Source: a bacterium (GTDB lineage Bacteria > Patescibacteriota > Minisyncoccia > Phycocordibacterales > CAIZLB01). Taken from it: a DNA stretch of 64,000 nucleotides. Made by a program: the position numbers and the translations under genes. The notes under the pieces were generated by a model, which saw only the letters and a list, made by a program, of their open reading frames with translations, did not search any database and was not told where the DNA came from. Location: positions 4,647 through 68,646 of the forward strand of contig JBAXXP010000004.1 in the NCBI GenBank assembly GCA_037127815.1, written 5' to 3'. Positions 36,984-46,216 of this stretch are shown here, piece after piece (position 1 is the first letter of the stretch; every line of letters starts with the position of its first letter).

Positions 36984-37814
36984 GTGATAATACTGGGGTT
37001 TTTTATTACTTGCAAAATTAATAAAAAAAGAGCAATATTCAAAAGGATCCAAAACAACAAAGGAGGCTTTGTGGACAATGATACTAATAATAGAACAAAA
37101 ACGAACAAAGAAAGAAGGAAGGAAGAAAAGGAGGAAAGAGAGACGCTTAAGATATTTCCAGTAGTCCAATTGACTTGGAGCCGATTACCCAGAATAGTTG
37201 TCATCGATTGGAAGAATATTAGGTCTCGTGAATACAGGCTTGATCATCTAACCAACGGTGAATTGAATGCTTTCTGGCACATGGATGCAAACGCCAAGAT
37301 TGATTATTTGATTAGATGTTTCAATCGTCATCACAGGAGGCCTAGATGTCAAAAAGGCGTAACGGAGTGTCATAATTTATCGTATGTCGATATTGAGTCA
37401 CATACAAGTTACAATAAGCTGATTTTTGTCATTTCCAGATGGTTCAAAATGTCAGAGGCGGAAGTCAAAACTAAGCATATTGCTATTTTTTTGAAAAAGG
37501 TCTATCCGTCACTGGAGAGACTTATGACAAACCCTGTGACGCGAAAGATGAAGAGTCTGAAAAGTTTGCTGCATACTGGTAGTTTTAATAAGTTGAGTCC
37601 CGCTTTTATTGGGAATGTTGCAAAGTGGGCTGGTATAAAATTTGGAGCAGTTCATGCAAATGATATTCGGCGATTCATTACACAGATTTACCTAGCACTT
37701 AAAAGGATTGCATACGATCACTCCTTGGGTAGACTGAAGACTTTACCTGCGTTCATTAAGGTGCTGAATAAAATTTGGATACCGAGAGATTGCCAAATAA
37801 TTTTGAAACTCTGA
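36984..37814 (+). CDS. Hypothetical protein with highly basic N-terminal region (276 aa; true start probably internal)
   Basis: ORF only. Contains a KKRAIFKRIQNNK...KERRKEEKEERE tract. Confidence 0.35.
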   Translation: MIILGFFITCKINKKRAIFKRIQNNKGGFVDNDTNNRTKTNKERRKEEKEERETLKIFPVVQLTWSRLPRIVVIDWKNIRSREYRLDHLTNGELNAFWHMDANAKIDYLIRCFNRHHRRPRCQKGVTECHNLSYVDIESHTSYNKLIFVISRWFKMSEAEVKTKHIAIFLKKVYPSLERLMTNPVTRKMKSLKSLLHTGSFNKLSPAFIGNVAKWAGIKFGAVHANDIRRFITQIYLALKRIAYDHSLGRLKTLPAFIKVLNKIWIPRDCQIILKL

Positions 37815-37851
37815 TGGAATGCTCGTAACAACGGATCAGGGGTGAATATTC

Positions 37852-37880
37852 ATCGCGCAGGCATTCCATGCCTGCGCGAT
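37852..37880 (+). terminator. 13-bp perfect hairpin ATCGCGCAGGCAT-TCC-ATGCCTGCGCGAT + ATTTCGTTT
   Basis: Lies 38 bp after the 37814 stop, inside the annotated 5' extension of the next ORF. Confidence 0.6.
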
Positions 37881-37973
37881 ATTTCGTTTACTGATTTATC
37901 TACAGATTATGATCTATCAACAAAATTTAAAAAATACAGATATTTTGTATTTTACTTGTGCTATAATATTTAC

Positions 37974-38507
37974 ATGAGTTTTGTTAAACCTGAAAAAACA
38001 TTGCAGGACATGAATATTGCAGAAGGAATGACTGTTGCTGATTTTGATGCAGGCGCAGGGTACTACACTATGGCTCTTGCAAAAAAAGTTGGACAGTATG
38101 GTAAGGTTTTTGCAATTGATACTAGGGCGGATTTGTTGACAAGGATTGCAAATGAGTCAAAGCTTTTAAATCTTAAAAATGTTGAAGTCATAAGAGGGGA
38201 CGTAGAATCGTTAAACGGCTCAGGACTCTCCAAAGAAAGTGTGGATAGAGTTATTTTAGCAAATACATTGTTTGTGTGTGATCATCCTGAGAAAGTGGTT
38301 AAAGAGGCCATTAGGATATTGAAGAAAAAAGGTAAGATCGGTGTAATAGATTGGATAGACTCATCTAATCAAATTGGTCCACATCCAGACTGTGTTGTTT
38401 CAAAGAAACATGTAACAGCTTGGTTTGCAAAAGAGAACTTAATTTTAGAGAAAGAATTTGATGCAGGGGACTATCATTATGGACTAGTGTTTAAATTTGT
38501 AGATTAA
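37974..38507 (+). CDS. Class I SAM-dependent methyltransferase (Methyltransf_11/25-like)
   Basis: The VADFDAGAGYYTMALA glycine-rich SAM motif and the VILANTLF motif. Start placed at the internal Met (MSFVKPEK) because a terminator hairpin occupies the upstream part of ORF 37842..38507. Confidence 0.7.
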   Translation: MSFVKPEKTLQDMNIAEGMTVADFDAGAGYYTMALAKKVGQYGKVFAIDTRADLLTRIANESKLLNLKNVEVIRGDVESLNGSGLSKESVDRVILANTLFVCDHPEKVVKEAIRILKKKGKIGVIDWIDSSNQIGPHPDCVVSKKHVTAWFAKENLILEKEFDAGDYHYGLVFKFVD

Positions 38508-38523
38508 GTTATAATATTTACGT

Positions 38524-39870
38524 ATGAACAAATCATCAAGCCCATTTCAAATTATATTTATAGGAGTATTTATATTTGCAGCCATTGTTGGAGTTATAAT
38601 CTTTTCTGCGTTTACTAACTCTTCAAATAATACTGCTGTAAAAGCAACTATCTGGGGAACAGAGGCTGAGGCTGATTTCAAAAATCTCCTTGCAATAATC
38701 GATCCTCAAAAAAAAGCGATGGATGTAACTTATGTACAAAAAAGTGCTGATACATTTGAAGCAGAATTTGTTAATGCATTAGCTGAAGGAAAAGGACCAG
38801 ACATTGTTTTAATTGATGATTCAAAAATTTTCTCTTGGAAGGGCAAGCTACAGCCTATTCCGTTTAAAACATTGCCTCAAAGAACATTCTCAGACACTTT
38901 TATAGATGCTGCAAACATCTTTGTAATGGCAGATGGAATTTATGCACTACCTTTAAACGTTGATCCTTTGGTTATGTATTGGAATAAGACCATGTTTAGC
39001 GATGGTGGAATTGTGTTGCCGCCAAAAACATGGCAACAGCTCACAGCTTCAATTCCAAGTTTAACTCAAAGAACTGATAGATCAGAAATTATAAAATCTG
39101 CTGTCGCCCTAGGGGAGTCTTCCAATATTGACCACTCCAAAGAAATTTTTATTAATTTAATGCTTCAAGGCGGAAACAATTTAGTAGAGTTTGACCCTGC
39201 CGTAAGTAGATATATGTCTACCGTAGATGTACTTTCTCCAAGTGGCACAAATATTTTTGAAGCAGCCACAAATTTCTATACTTCATTTTCAAATCCTAAT
39301 AATGAGAGATATTCATGGAATAAATCTCTGGTAAGATCAAGAGATTATTTCATTTCTGGAAATCTAGGAATGTACTTTGGTTTTGCAAGTGAATATCCTG
39401 TTCTACAAAGAAAGAATCCTAATCTTAACTTTGATGTTGCTCTTATGCCACAAGATGAGTTAAGGTCTGCAAATGTACAATCTGCATCGTACGCTAAAAT
39501 AAATGCTCTAGCTCTTGTCAAACAATCAAGAAATCAAGCTGCTGCAATAAGTGTAATGACACAATTGGTTGCCTCAGTTGCTCAGGCAGAGTTTGTAAAA
39601 ATAACAAACTTGCCTTCTGCCAGAAGAGATCTGCTTCAAGTGCCAAATGGTGAGAACGTGTACATAGATATTTTTGGTAAAGCGGCTATTCAAGCTAAGA
39701 CGTGGTATGACCCAAGCTCCACTGCGACCGATTCAATTTTTAGAGAATTAATTGACACAATTACAACGGGTAAAATAACAAGTGGAGAGGCTAGAAATAT
39801 TTTGAATCAGAAGCTTCAGGCTCTTGTCTCAGGGGCAAGCCCAAGTAGTGTTAATTCTACAGGGAATTAA
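38524..39870 (+). CDS. Extracellular solute-binding protein-like (ABC-type, family 1-like), membrane-anchored
   Basis: N-terminal TM/signal anchor followed by a periplasmic-binding-protein-like domain of about 400 aa. No permease or ATPase gene is adjacent. Confidence 0.5.
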   Translation: MNKSSSPFQIIFIGVFIFAAIVGVIIFSAFTNSSNNTAVKATIWGTEAEADFKNLLAIIDPQKKAMDVTYVQKSADTFEAEFVNALAEGKGPDIVLIDDSKIFSWKGKLQPIPFKTLPQRTFSDTFIDAANIFVMADGIYALPLNVDPLVMYWNKTMFSDGGIVLPPKTWQQLTASIPSLTQRTDRSEIIKSAVALGESSNIDHSKEIFINLMLQGGNNLVEFDPAVSRYMSTVDVLSPSGTNIFEAATNFYTSFSNPNNERYSWNKSLVRSRDYFISGNLGMYFGFASEYPVLQRKNPNLNFDVALMPQDELRSANVQSASYAKINALALVKQSRNQAAAISVMTQLVASVAQAEFVKITNLPSARRDLLQVPNGENVYIDIFGKAAIQAKTWYDPSSTATDSIFRELIDTITTGKITSGEARNILNQKLQALVSGASPSSVNSTGN

Positions 39871-39916
39871 TATATAGAATATGTTACAATTTAGATAATT
39901 ATAATAATAGATAGAT

Positions 39917-40378
39917 TTGATGAAAATAATAAAAAATAAATTATTGAAAAAGGAAAACTTTGCGAAAAGCAAAAATACAGTTTGGTCTACCTTGTTGACA
40001 CTTGCGGTTGTATTATTTGGTTTTCTAAATGTTAGCAAAGTTTTTGCGCAAAGTACGGGTTCAAACCCTGTTTCAAATCTTTTACTTATCTGTACAACCC
40101 GATCAACTCCATGTGGATGGCAAGATTTAATTAATTTAATAAATGCCATGGTTCAATATGCTATTGAGTTAATAGGTATAGTCTTTGTTATAGTTCTATT
40201 GTATGCGGGTATGATGTATATAACTTCTGGTGGAGATGCATCAAAGGTTAAGAAAGCTAAGGATATGTTGTATAAAGTTGTTTGGGGAATGGTATATACC
40301 CTTTGTGCTTGGATTATTGTATACTTTATACTAACAAGCTTAGGCGTTGACCAAACTTTTTACGAAAAAATTATATAA
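39917..40378 (+). CDS. T4SS pilin-like (TrbC/VirB2-family-like) protein, paralog 1 of 6
   Basis: Cleavable signal peptide (...VSKVFAQS), then two hydrophobic helices separated by SGGDASKVKKAKDMLYKVVWGMVY, which is pilin-like two-TM topology. Confidence 0.6.
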   Translation: MMKIIKNKLLKKENFAKSKNTVWSTLLTLAVVLFGFLNVSKVFAQSTGSNPVSNLLLICTTRSTPCGWQDLINLINAMVQYAIELIGIVFVIVLLYAGMMYITSGGDASKVKKAKDMLYKVVWGMVYTLCAWIIVYFILTSLGVDQTFYEKII

Positions 40379-40387
40379 CAACATAAA

Positions 40388-40777
40388 ATGAAAAACACTA
40401 GATTAATCTTATTCATGGTTACAGGAGCTTTAATGCTTCTTGTTATCTTTGGTGTAGACTTTATAACCGCCCACTCAATTGCTTTTGCTCAAATAAATGA
40501 TGGTAAAATTCATAACCCCCTTGGTTCAACAACAACTCTCAGTCAGGTGCTTGGCATTGTTATATCTTCCGTTCAGGTTATTGCTGGAGTTTTGTCTGTT
40601 GTTTTCATTATAATCGCAGGTCTTAAGTTTGTATTGGCAAATGGTGATCCTGCAAAGATAAAGACAGCTAAATCAATGCTGCTTTATGTTGTAATAGGTA
40701 TTGCGATAATATTCGGTGCTCAGGCTATTGCCATAGTAGTTCAGACAACAATTAAGCAGGTTGGTAGCGGGCAATAA
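40388..40777 (+). CDS. T4SS pilin-like protein, paralog 2 of 6
   Basis: Signal peptide ending AFAQI; two TM helices with NGDPAKIKTAKSMLLYVVIGIAIIFG between them. Confidence 0.6.
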   Translation: MKNTRLILFMVTGALMLLVIFGVDFITAHSIAFAQINDGKIHNPLGSTTTLSQVLGIVISSVQVIAGVLSVVFIIIAGLKFVLANGDPAKIKTAKSMLLYVVIGIAIIFGAQAIAIVVQTTIKQVGSGQ

Positions 40778-40829
40778 AGTGTTTTACATCATCAGTCAAA
40801 TAAGACTATTATCAATATAATTTAAAAAA

Positions 40830-41144
40830 ATGTTAGAAAGTAAAAATTCACTCTTAGCTCAGGTTGGTAATGTAACAGACCTGAAAAGCCTTGTAGTTGG
40901 CATGATAGATATATTAGGAAGTTACGTTGTACCATTCATCGTTGCATTAGCACTTGTAGTTTTTTTGTGGGGAATATTTAGAACCATGACAGCTGCTGGC
41001 GATGGTAAGAAAAGACAGGAGGGTCTGGCATATATTACATACGGGATAATAGGCTTGGCTGTTATGATTTCAGTTTGGAGTTTGGTATATCTTCTAACCA
41101 CTACATTCTTTTCAGGCGGATTGATGATACCTCAGCTAAATTAA
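40830..41144 (+). CDS. T4SS pilin-like protein, paralog 3 of 6
   Basis: FLWGIFRTMTAAGDGKKRQEGLAYITYGIIGLAVMISVWSLVYLLTTTF is the shared core. Confidence 0.6.
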   Translation: MLESKNSLLAQVGNVTDLKSLVVGMIDILGSYVVPFIVALALVVFLWGIFRTMTAAGDGKKRQEGLAYITYGIIGLAVMISVWSLVYLLTTTFFSGGLMIPQLN

Positions 41145-41186
41145 TCTGATACATGGTAATATGATTATTATTAATTATAAAATACA

Positions 41187-41486
41187 ATGACAGGAGAAAT
41201 AGGAGCAAAGGGAGTAATAGTATTTCTAATTTCATTTATAAATGGAGTTGTAGGTTTTATAATAGGCCTAACTCTAGTTGTCTTTATATGGGGACTTTTC
41301 AAATTGATTTTTGCGAGCAGTGATTCAAAAGAGAGAGAGACGGCTAAAGGGTATATAGTTTGGGGAATTATCTCATTAGCTATCATGGTCTCTGTATGGG
41401 GGCTAGTTAATTTATTAACCTCATCTTTTGGTTTTGGTAGTGTTACTCCAATGGTGCCGGGATTCCCAAATACTTCTATATTTTAG
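41187..41486 (+). CDS. T4SS pilin-like protein, paralog 4 of 6
   Basis: FIWGLFKLIFASSDSKERETAKGYIVWGIISLAIMVSVWGLVNLLTSSF. Confidence 0.6.
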   Translation: MTGEIGAKGVIVFLISFINGVVGFIIGLTLVVFIWGLFKLIFASSDSKERETAKGYIVWGIISLAIMVSVWGLVNLLTSSFGFGSVTPMVPGFPNTSIF

Positions 41487-41605
41487 AATCCACAGTTTTT
41501 CTTTAATTGTGTATATAACTTTTAAATAATAGGGTATAATAGTATTAAGTGACGTTTATGTTGCTTAGTAAAAGATAACTTAGTATTTAATAAAATAATT
41601 TAATT

Positions 41606-41929
41606 ATGACAAATTCAACAACTGGAATTAGTGGACTTTACGGCCTTTTGGCCCAAGCTACTGATTTCACAAATAGACTTATTCCCTTTATCATTGGTCT
41701 TACTGTACTATTTTTCCTATGGGGTATTTTTAGATTGGTATTCTCAGCTAAGGATTCCGAAGCTAGAACAGAAGCTAGAGGCTATATAATTTGGGGGATT
41801 ATAGCTCTTGCTGTTATGGTTTCTGTATGGGGACTAGTTAACCTTTTAACAAGCACATTCAGTCTAAATCAAAATATTCCATCAGGTCCTGGTCTACCAC
41901 AAGCAGGAGGTTCAATTCAGCTTAAATAG
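41606..41929 (+). CDS. T4SS pilin-like protein, paralog 5 of 6
   Basis: FLWGIFRLVFSAKDSEARTEARGYIIWGIIALAVMVSVWGLVNLLTSTF. Confidence 0.6.
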   Translation: MTNSTTGISGLYGLLAQATDFTNRLIPFIIGLTVLFFLWGIFRLVFSAKDSEARTEARGYIIWGIIALAVMVSVWGLVNLLTSTFSLNQNIPSGPGLPQAGGSIQLK

Positions 41930-41945
41930 TAATTTATAACTAATT

Positions 41946-42239
41946 ATGTCAGGAACTGTACCACCAGCATTGATGACCCTTATAACCTCAATTAGTAGGT
42001 ATATTCTTAATCCACTTATTGTACTTGCTTTCGCGGTAGCTATGGTTGTTTTCACATGGGGAGTTTTTGATTATATAAAAGGAGCTTCAGATCCAAAAGC
42101 TAGAGAAACAGGCAGGAGTCACATTTTATGGGGTATTATTGGTATCGCTATTATGTTTTCTGTTTTTGGAATAATGAGAGTTATTTCAAACACAGTTGGA
42201 GGTCCGACAAGTCAGATTCAGAATATACAGAAGCTCTAG
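41946..42239 (+). CDS. T4SS pilin-like protein, paralog 6 of 6
   Basis: FTWGVFDYIKGASDPKARETGRSHILWGIIGIAIMFSVFGIMRVISNTV. Confidence 0.6.
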   Translation: MSGTVPPALMTLITSISRYILNPLIVLAFAVAMVVFTWGVFDYIKGASDPKARETGRSHILWGIIGIAIMFSVFGIMRVISNTVGGPTSQIQNIQKL

Positions 42240-42372
42240 AGACTCAAATAAAACAGCACGTACAAATTGTATATGCTGTTTTGTTTTTGATGGGCGAGGA
42301 AATATAGTCTTGAAAAGTGCTCTACTTTTAACAAAATAAAAATACACAGACTTGCGTCTGTGTATTTTTTCT

Positions 42373-42391
42373 GTGGGCGAGGAAGGACTCG
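42373..42391 (-). repeat. 19-nt near-identical copy (18/19) of the tRNA-Leu 3' end, preceded by its own hairpin terminator
   Basis: GTGGGCGAGGAAGGACTCG here versus GTGGGCGAGGAGGGACTCG in the tRNA. A shorter copy TGGGCGAGGA lies at 42291-42300, also directly after a hairpin plus T-run. Confidence 0.65.
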
Positions 42392-42554
42392 GTGCATACT
42401 GCCCCAGTACACCTTTGCAATTTTATCGAATCTTTCAGGTTCTCAAAATATAGCAAAGCTTTTCTCGTCCCTCACGTATGTGCCTCAAAGCACACCCTCT
42501 CTCCCTTCATATTAAACAAAACAACATACACGGGTGTGTATGTTGTTTTGTTTA

Positions 42555-42639
42555 TGGTGGGCGAGGAGGGACTCGAACCCTCAATCCTTACGGAACTAGT
42601 TCCTAAGACTAGCGCGTATACCAATTCCGCCACTCGCCC
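42555..42639 (-). tRNA. tRNA-Leu (anticodon TAG), CCA encoded
   Basis: Reverse complement reads GGGCGAGTGGCGGAATTGGTATACGCG-CTAGT-CTTAGGA-ACTAG plus a long variable arm, then GAGGGTTCGAGTCCCTC-CTCGCCCACCA. Confidence 0.85.
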
Positions 42640-42735
42640 ATATTTATGATTCTTCTGAATTTAAGAATTCAATATTTATATAATACCAGAAGATGTTTTA
42701 AGATCCTATAGTATTATAGAGTTATTGAACTCTTG

Positions 42736-42808
42736 TCCGCCCGGTAGGATTCGAACCTACGACCGTTCACTTAAGAGGCGACTGCTCTACCAACTGAGCT
42801 ACGGGCGG
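42736..42808 (-). tRNA. tRNA-Lys (anticodon CTT)
   Basis: Reverse complement reads CCGCCCGTAGCTCAGTTGGTAGAGCA-GTCGC-CTCTTAA-GTGAA-CGGTC-GTAGGTTCGAATCCTAC-CGGGCGGA. The D-arm matches tRNA-Lys. There is one G.A mismatch at the top of the anticodon stem. Confidence 0.7.
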
Positions 42809-42907
42809 ATATGTTCACAATAGTACCAAGAAAGTGCACAAAATACAACCTCCCTTATCCTAATCATTGTTATCTCCTTGTGCTACCACTCCTTATTACC
42901 CTTACTA

Positions 42908-44239
42908 TTATCGCCTTAGCCCTTTAGCAGAAGCCTCGCCGGCAACAAAACCTGTTGTCCAGCATAACTGAAGGCTAAAGCCTCCAGAAGGCCTGTCAAC
43001 GTTCAGTATATCGCCAACAAGGTATAGGTTGGGGAATAGGCGAGAGGACATGGTTTTAAAATCGACCTCATCAAGAGAAACTCCTCCGCTTGTAATTATT
43101 GCCTTGTCCACTCCCAGCAGTTTTTCAACATGAAGTGGTACATCCTTTAGTAGATTTATAAGTCTGATTCTCTCTTCTCTGGTAATGCTATTGCAGGCCT
43201 TTTCTGGATCAATTAATGATAGATCTACAATGATGGGTGCGACAGCAGAAGGTACGATATTTACAAGAGCATTTCTAAATTTCTTTTTATCATGTTCTTT
43301 AAATAGCTCTTGAAGTTTAGTATTTAAAACTCCATAGTCTTCTGATGGTAATAGGTCTAAGGAGACAGTAACTTCTCCATACTTCAGAAGATCTCCAATA
43401 TCTCTACTCATATTTAGTATTGTTGGTCCACTTACGCCCACGTGTGTGAAAAGAATTTTTCCCTTCTTAAAGAAATGTTTTTTACCATTTTGAAAAATGG
43501 AAATCTTTATATCTGTCATGCTAATACCAGCTAATTTTGGAACCCACTCGTCTTTTATTGCTAGTGGAACAAGTGAGGGAATAGGGTCAATTACAGTATG
43601 TCCTATACTTTTTAGCCACACAAAGCCATCGCCGGTTGAGCCGGTAAGAGGAGCGGAAGCACCACCGGTTGCAATGACTACACTTTTTCCATATATCACT
43701 TTTTTGCCCTTTAGTGTTATTCCAACTATTTTTCTAGTTGCAACTTCATCATTCTCTACAGCAATACCCATAACTGGGGAGTTGGATAAAACTTCAACTT
43801 TATTTTCTCTCATGTAATTCACTAGTACGTCCAAGACGGATTGTGATTTATTCGAAACAGGGAAGGTTCGTAATTCATTTTCTACCTTTGTCTCCATTCC
43901 GTATTTGTGAAAGAAATCCAGCGAGTCTTTTACACTATGTTGCGAGAAAGCAGAGAATAAAAATTTACCATCGTCTTTAAATCTTTCTAGAAACTTTCTA
44001 ATATCAAATTCCGAGTTTGTAACATTGCATCTTCCTCCTCCTGTAATTAAAAGTTTTCTACCTAGTGTTTCATTTTTTTCAATAAGAAGAACCTTAGCGC
44101 CACATTCTGCTGCTCTTCCTGCCGATATCATGCCAGCAGGTCCACCACCTACTACTATTACGTCCCATGGGGTATTAGTTTCCATTGAGGTTATATTAGC
44201 ATTTTTTGCTCGTTGACCCAAATAGATAGTAAAATACAT
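42908..44239 (-). CDS. HI0933/BaiN-family NAD(P)/FAD-dependent oxidoreductase
   Basis: WDVIVVGGGPAGMISAGRAAECGAKVLLIEKNETLGRKLLITGGGRCNVTN matches the N-terminus of this family. The true start is probably the internal Met near 44185. Confidence 0.8.
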   Translation of the reverse strand: MYFTIYLGQRAKNANITSMETNTPWDVIVVGGGPAGMISAGRAAECGAKVLLIEKNETLGRKLLITGGGRCNVTNSEFDIRKFLERFKDDGKFLFSAFSQHSVKDSLDFFHKYGMETKVENELRTFPVSNKSQSVLDVLVNYMRENKVEVLSNSPVMGIAVENDEVATRKIVGITLKGKKVIYGKSVVIATGGASAPLTGSTGDGFVWLKSIGHTVIDPIPSLVPLAIKDEWVPKLAGISMTDIKISIFQNGKKHFFKKGKILFTHVGVSGPTILNMSRDIGDLLKYGEVTVSLDLLPSEDYGVLNTKLQELFKEHDKKKFRNALVNIVPSAVAPIIVDLSLIDPEKACNSITREERIRLINLLKDVPLHVEKLLGVDKAIITSGGVSLDEVDFKTMSSRLFPNLYLVGDILNVDRPSGGFSLQLCWTTGFVAGEASAKGLRR

Positions 44240-44290
44240 CTCATTGACTATTGATTACAATTAGCATAACCTGTCAGGTAGATAATATTT

Positions 44291-44318
44291 GGGGTCAGGC
44301 ACCATGGTGCCTGACCCC
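44291..44318. repeat. Palindromic repeat element copy 2 (GGGGTCAGGCAC-CATG-GTGCCTGACCCC)
   Basis: Perfect 12-bp stem flanked by ATTT/AAATT, in the divergent intergenic region between 42908..44239(-) and 44329..44814(+). Confidence 0.8.
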
Positions 44319-44328
44319 AAATTAAACA

Positions 44329-44814
44329 ATGAAGTACCAAACAATAGATAATAGTATGAACATTATTCAAATCGTATCAGATATTTTAGCTCAAACAGTA
44401 GAAATTCACGGCTTACCTGAGTCACGCCTAGTGGCGTACTCACCGGGTTGGGGCACAGTAGTCGTTCCTAAATTTGATGTCTTAGCGGAGGATTTGCTTA
44501 AAATCGTTCGTCTTCAAACTCTTCTCAAAATAGTTGAAAGTAATACAGGTCTTCAGTCACAAGAAAGTGTTCTTGAGGACATTGGTAATGGGGTTCATGA
44601 TGACAATCCAAGTTTTAATAATTTTTTGCGGAACGATGGCGCGATTCGCCGTAGTGTTTATGTCCAAGTTATAACTTTGGAGAGATTGATTGTTGAATTG
44701 ATTCAGTCATTTATACCAGCTGAAAGCGACAGATTTGATGTTGCGTATCGTATTAGCACGGAAAAGCAAATTATGTTCCATGAAGTCTGTTTTTTTGGAG
44801 GATCGTCTGATTGA
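44329..44814 (+). CDS. Hypothetical protein (161 aa)
   Basis: ORF only. Followed by a hairpin terminator at about 44865-44900. Confidence 0.35.
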   Translation: MKYQTIDNSMNIIQIVSDILAQTVEIHGLPESRLVAYSPGWGTVVVPKFDVLAEDLLKIVRLQTLLKIVESNTGLQSQESVLEDIGNGVHDDNPSFNNFLRNDGAIRRSVYVQVITLERLIVELIQSFIPAESDRFDVAYRISTEKQIMFHEVCFFGGSSD

Positions 44815-44998
44815 GATCTTGTGGCTAATTATTATTCCTTCTAAATTTACCTCATCATCCAAACGGAAACCCCTCCGTTTCGGTATGGTGGGGTTTTTGT
44901 TTTATTTAATTTTAATATTTATCTAAGTTAAGTACGGTCTGCATGTTATAAAATATGCAAAAAAACTGCACAGCTTGGTAGCTGTGCAGACTGAAAAT

Positions 44999-46216
44999 TT
45001 AGAGCCTTCCAGTTCCGGCTTTTTTGTTGTGCCCATTTTTTGCAACCATAAGTGTCAGAATAATCATAAGCGATCCCGACATTATCCAGGCTGATGGAAT
45101 CCCAAAACGATTCGCAACGTATCCACTCGCAAATAGTCCAATCATACCACCAAGGTGGGGTGATATGGCTTCAAAGGAGCTTATCGTTGCTCTTGCGTGT
45201 GAGGGAATGTTATCTTGAAGGAACTTATCTTTCAGCGGAGCAAACATACCTCTTGGAATTTCATGGAGAATAAACACTGCGATGCCTACTGGAAATGGTA
45301 TTATCGTAATAATTAATGTCCCAAATCCAATTAACAGCTGACAAATAGTTAAGGCCTTTTTTTCATCCTTAACTAATGCTAGGAATTTATTAGCAAGTAG
45401 TGAACCTGCCGTTAGTCCAAGCATCATACCTGCCCAAATGTATCCTAAAGATTTTTTGTCATGAAGATAATCTAAGAAGTATGGTTGCCATTGCATGTTT
45501 AGAGCTTGCACGGCAAAGACTTGAATAAGACCAGCAACCAAAAGGAATCTAATCACTTTGTTGTTGATACCAAATTCAATACTTTGCTTGGTGGTTTCTT
45601 TCATCGCCGAGAGCCCCAGCTTGAAGGAAAATTCTTTTTTGACGAAGTACTCTTCCTTAAGCCAGAACATTGCGATTATTCCCGTTATAAGCGAGAAAAA
45701 CCCAAGCCATATCCATGGCAATTCAATACTGATGTCTGCAAGTTGAGATCCAATTAAAGCAGAAATAATTCCAGCGATTAAGCTAAAAATTTGTGCTCTG
45801 GAAAAGACCTTATGCAGTGATTCTGTGTATCCATGATGTTGTAGTTTATCGACAAGCCAGGCTTTAAAGGCCCCACTTGCAAAAGTTGCACCAATTGCCA
45901 AAACTGCTTCTGATGCTGCAAAGCCCCAGAATGATTTTGAATAGGCGTACATGAATCCACCGATTGTCGTGAGTAAACACGACATAACAAATGAAGATTT
46001 TCTTCCAAAAATATCTGCAAAGGCACCTGTTGGTATCTCACAAATAAATAGGGTTGAAAAATAGACTAAATTTACCAAATTCACTTCAAGTAGGTTTAAA
46101 CCATTGGAAATGAGGAATGATACGTATACCGCCGCAATTGCGCCTCTTGCGAAGCTCAGGAGTGACGTGAGTGTGACATATTGGACGATTGTCCGTTTTT
46201 GTAGGTTCATAATCAA
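44999..46216 (-). CDS. Major facilitator superfamily transporter
   Basis: Twelve predicted TM helices and an MFS signature-like GAFADIFGRKSSF loop. Confidence 0.8.
   Translation of the reverse strand: MIMNLQKRTIVQYVTLTSLLSFARGAIAAVYVSFLISNGLNLLEVNLVNLVYFSTLFICEIPTGAFADIFGRKSSFVMSCLLTTIGGFMYAYSKSFWGFAASEAVLAIGATFASGAFKAWLVDKLQHHGYTESLHKVFSRAQIFSLIAGIISALIGSQLADISIELPWIWLGFFSLITGIIAMFWLKEEYFVKKEFSFKLGLSAMKETTKQSIEFGINNKVIRFLLVAGLIQVFAVQALNMQWQPYFLDYLHDKKSLGYIWAGMMLGLTAGSLLANKFLALVKDEKKALTICQLLIGFGTLIITIIPFPVGIAVFILHEIPRGMFAPLKDKFLQDNIPSHARATISSFEAISPHLGGMIGLFASGYVANRFGIPSAWIMSGSLMIILTLMVAKNGHNKKAGTGRL

Noticed and set aside
42392-42649. ORF 42392..42649(+)
   Set aside because: It overlaps tRNA-Leu(TAG) and the tRNA-fragment/terminator repeats, which are non-coding.
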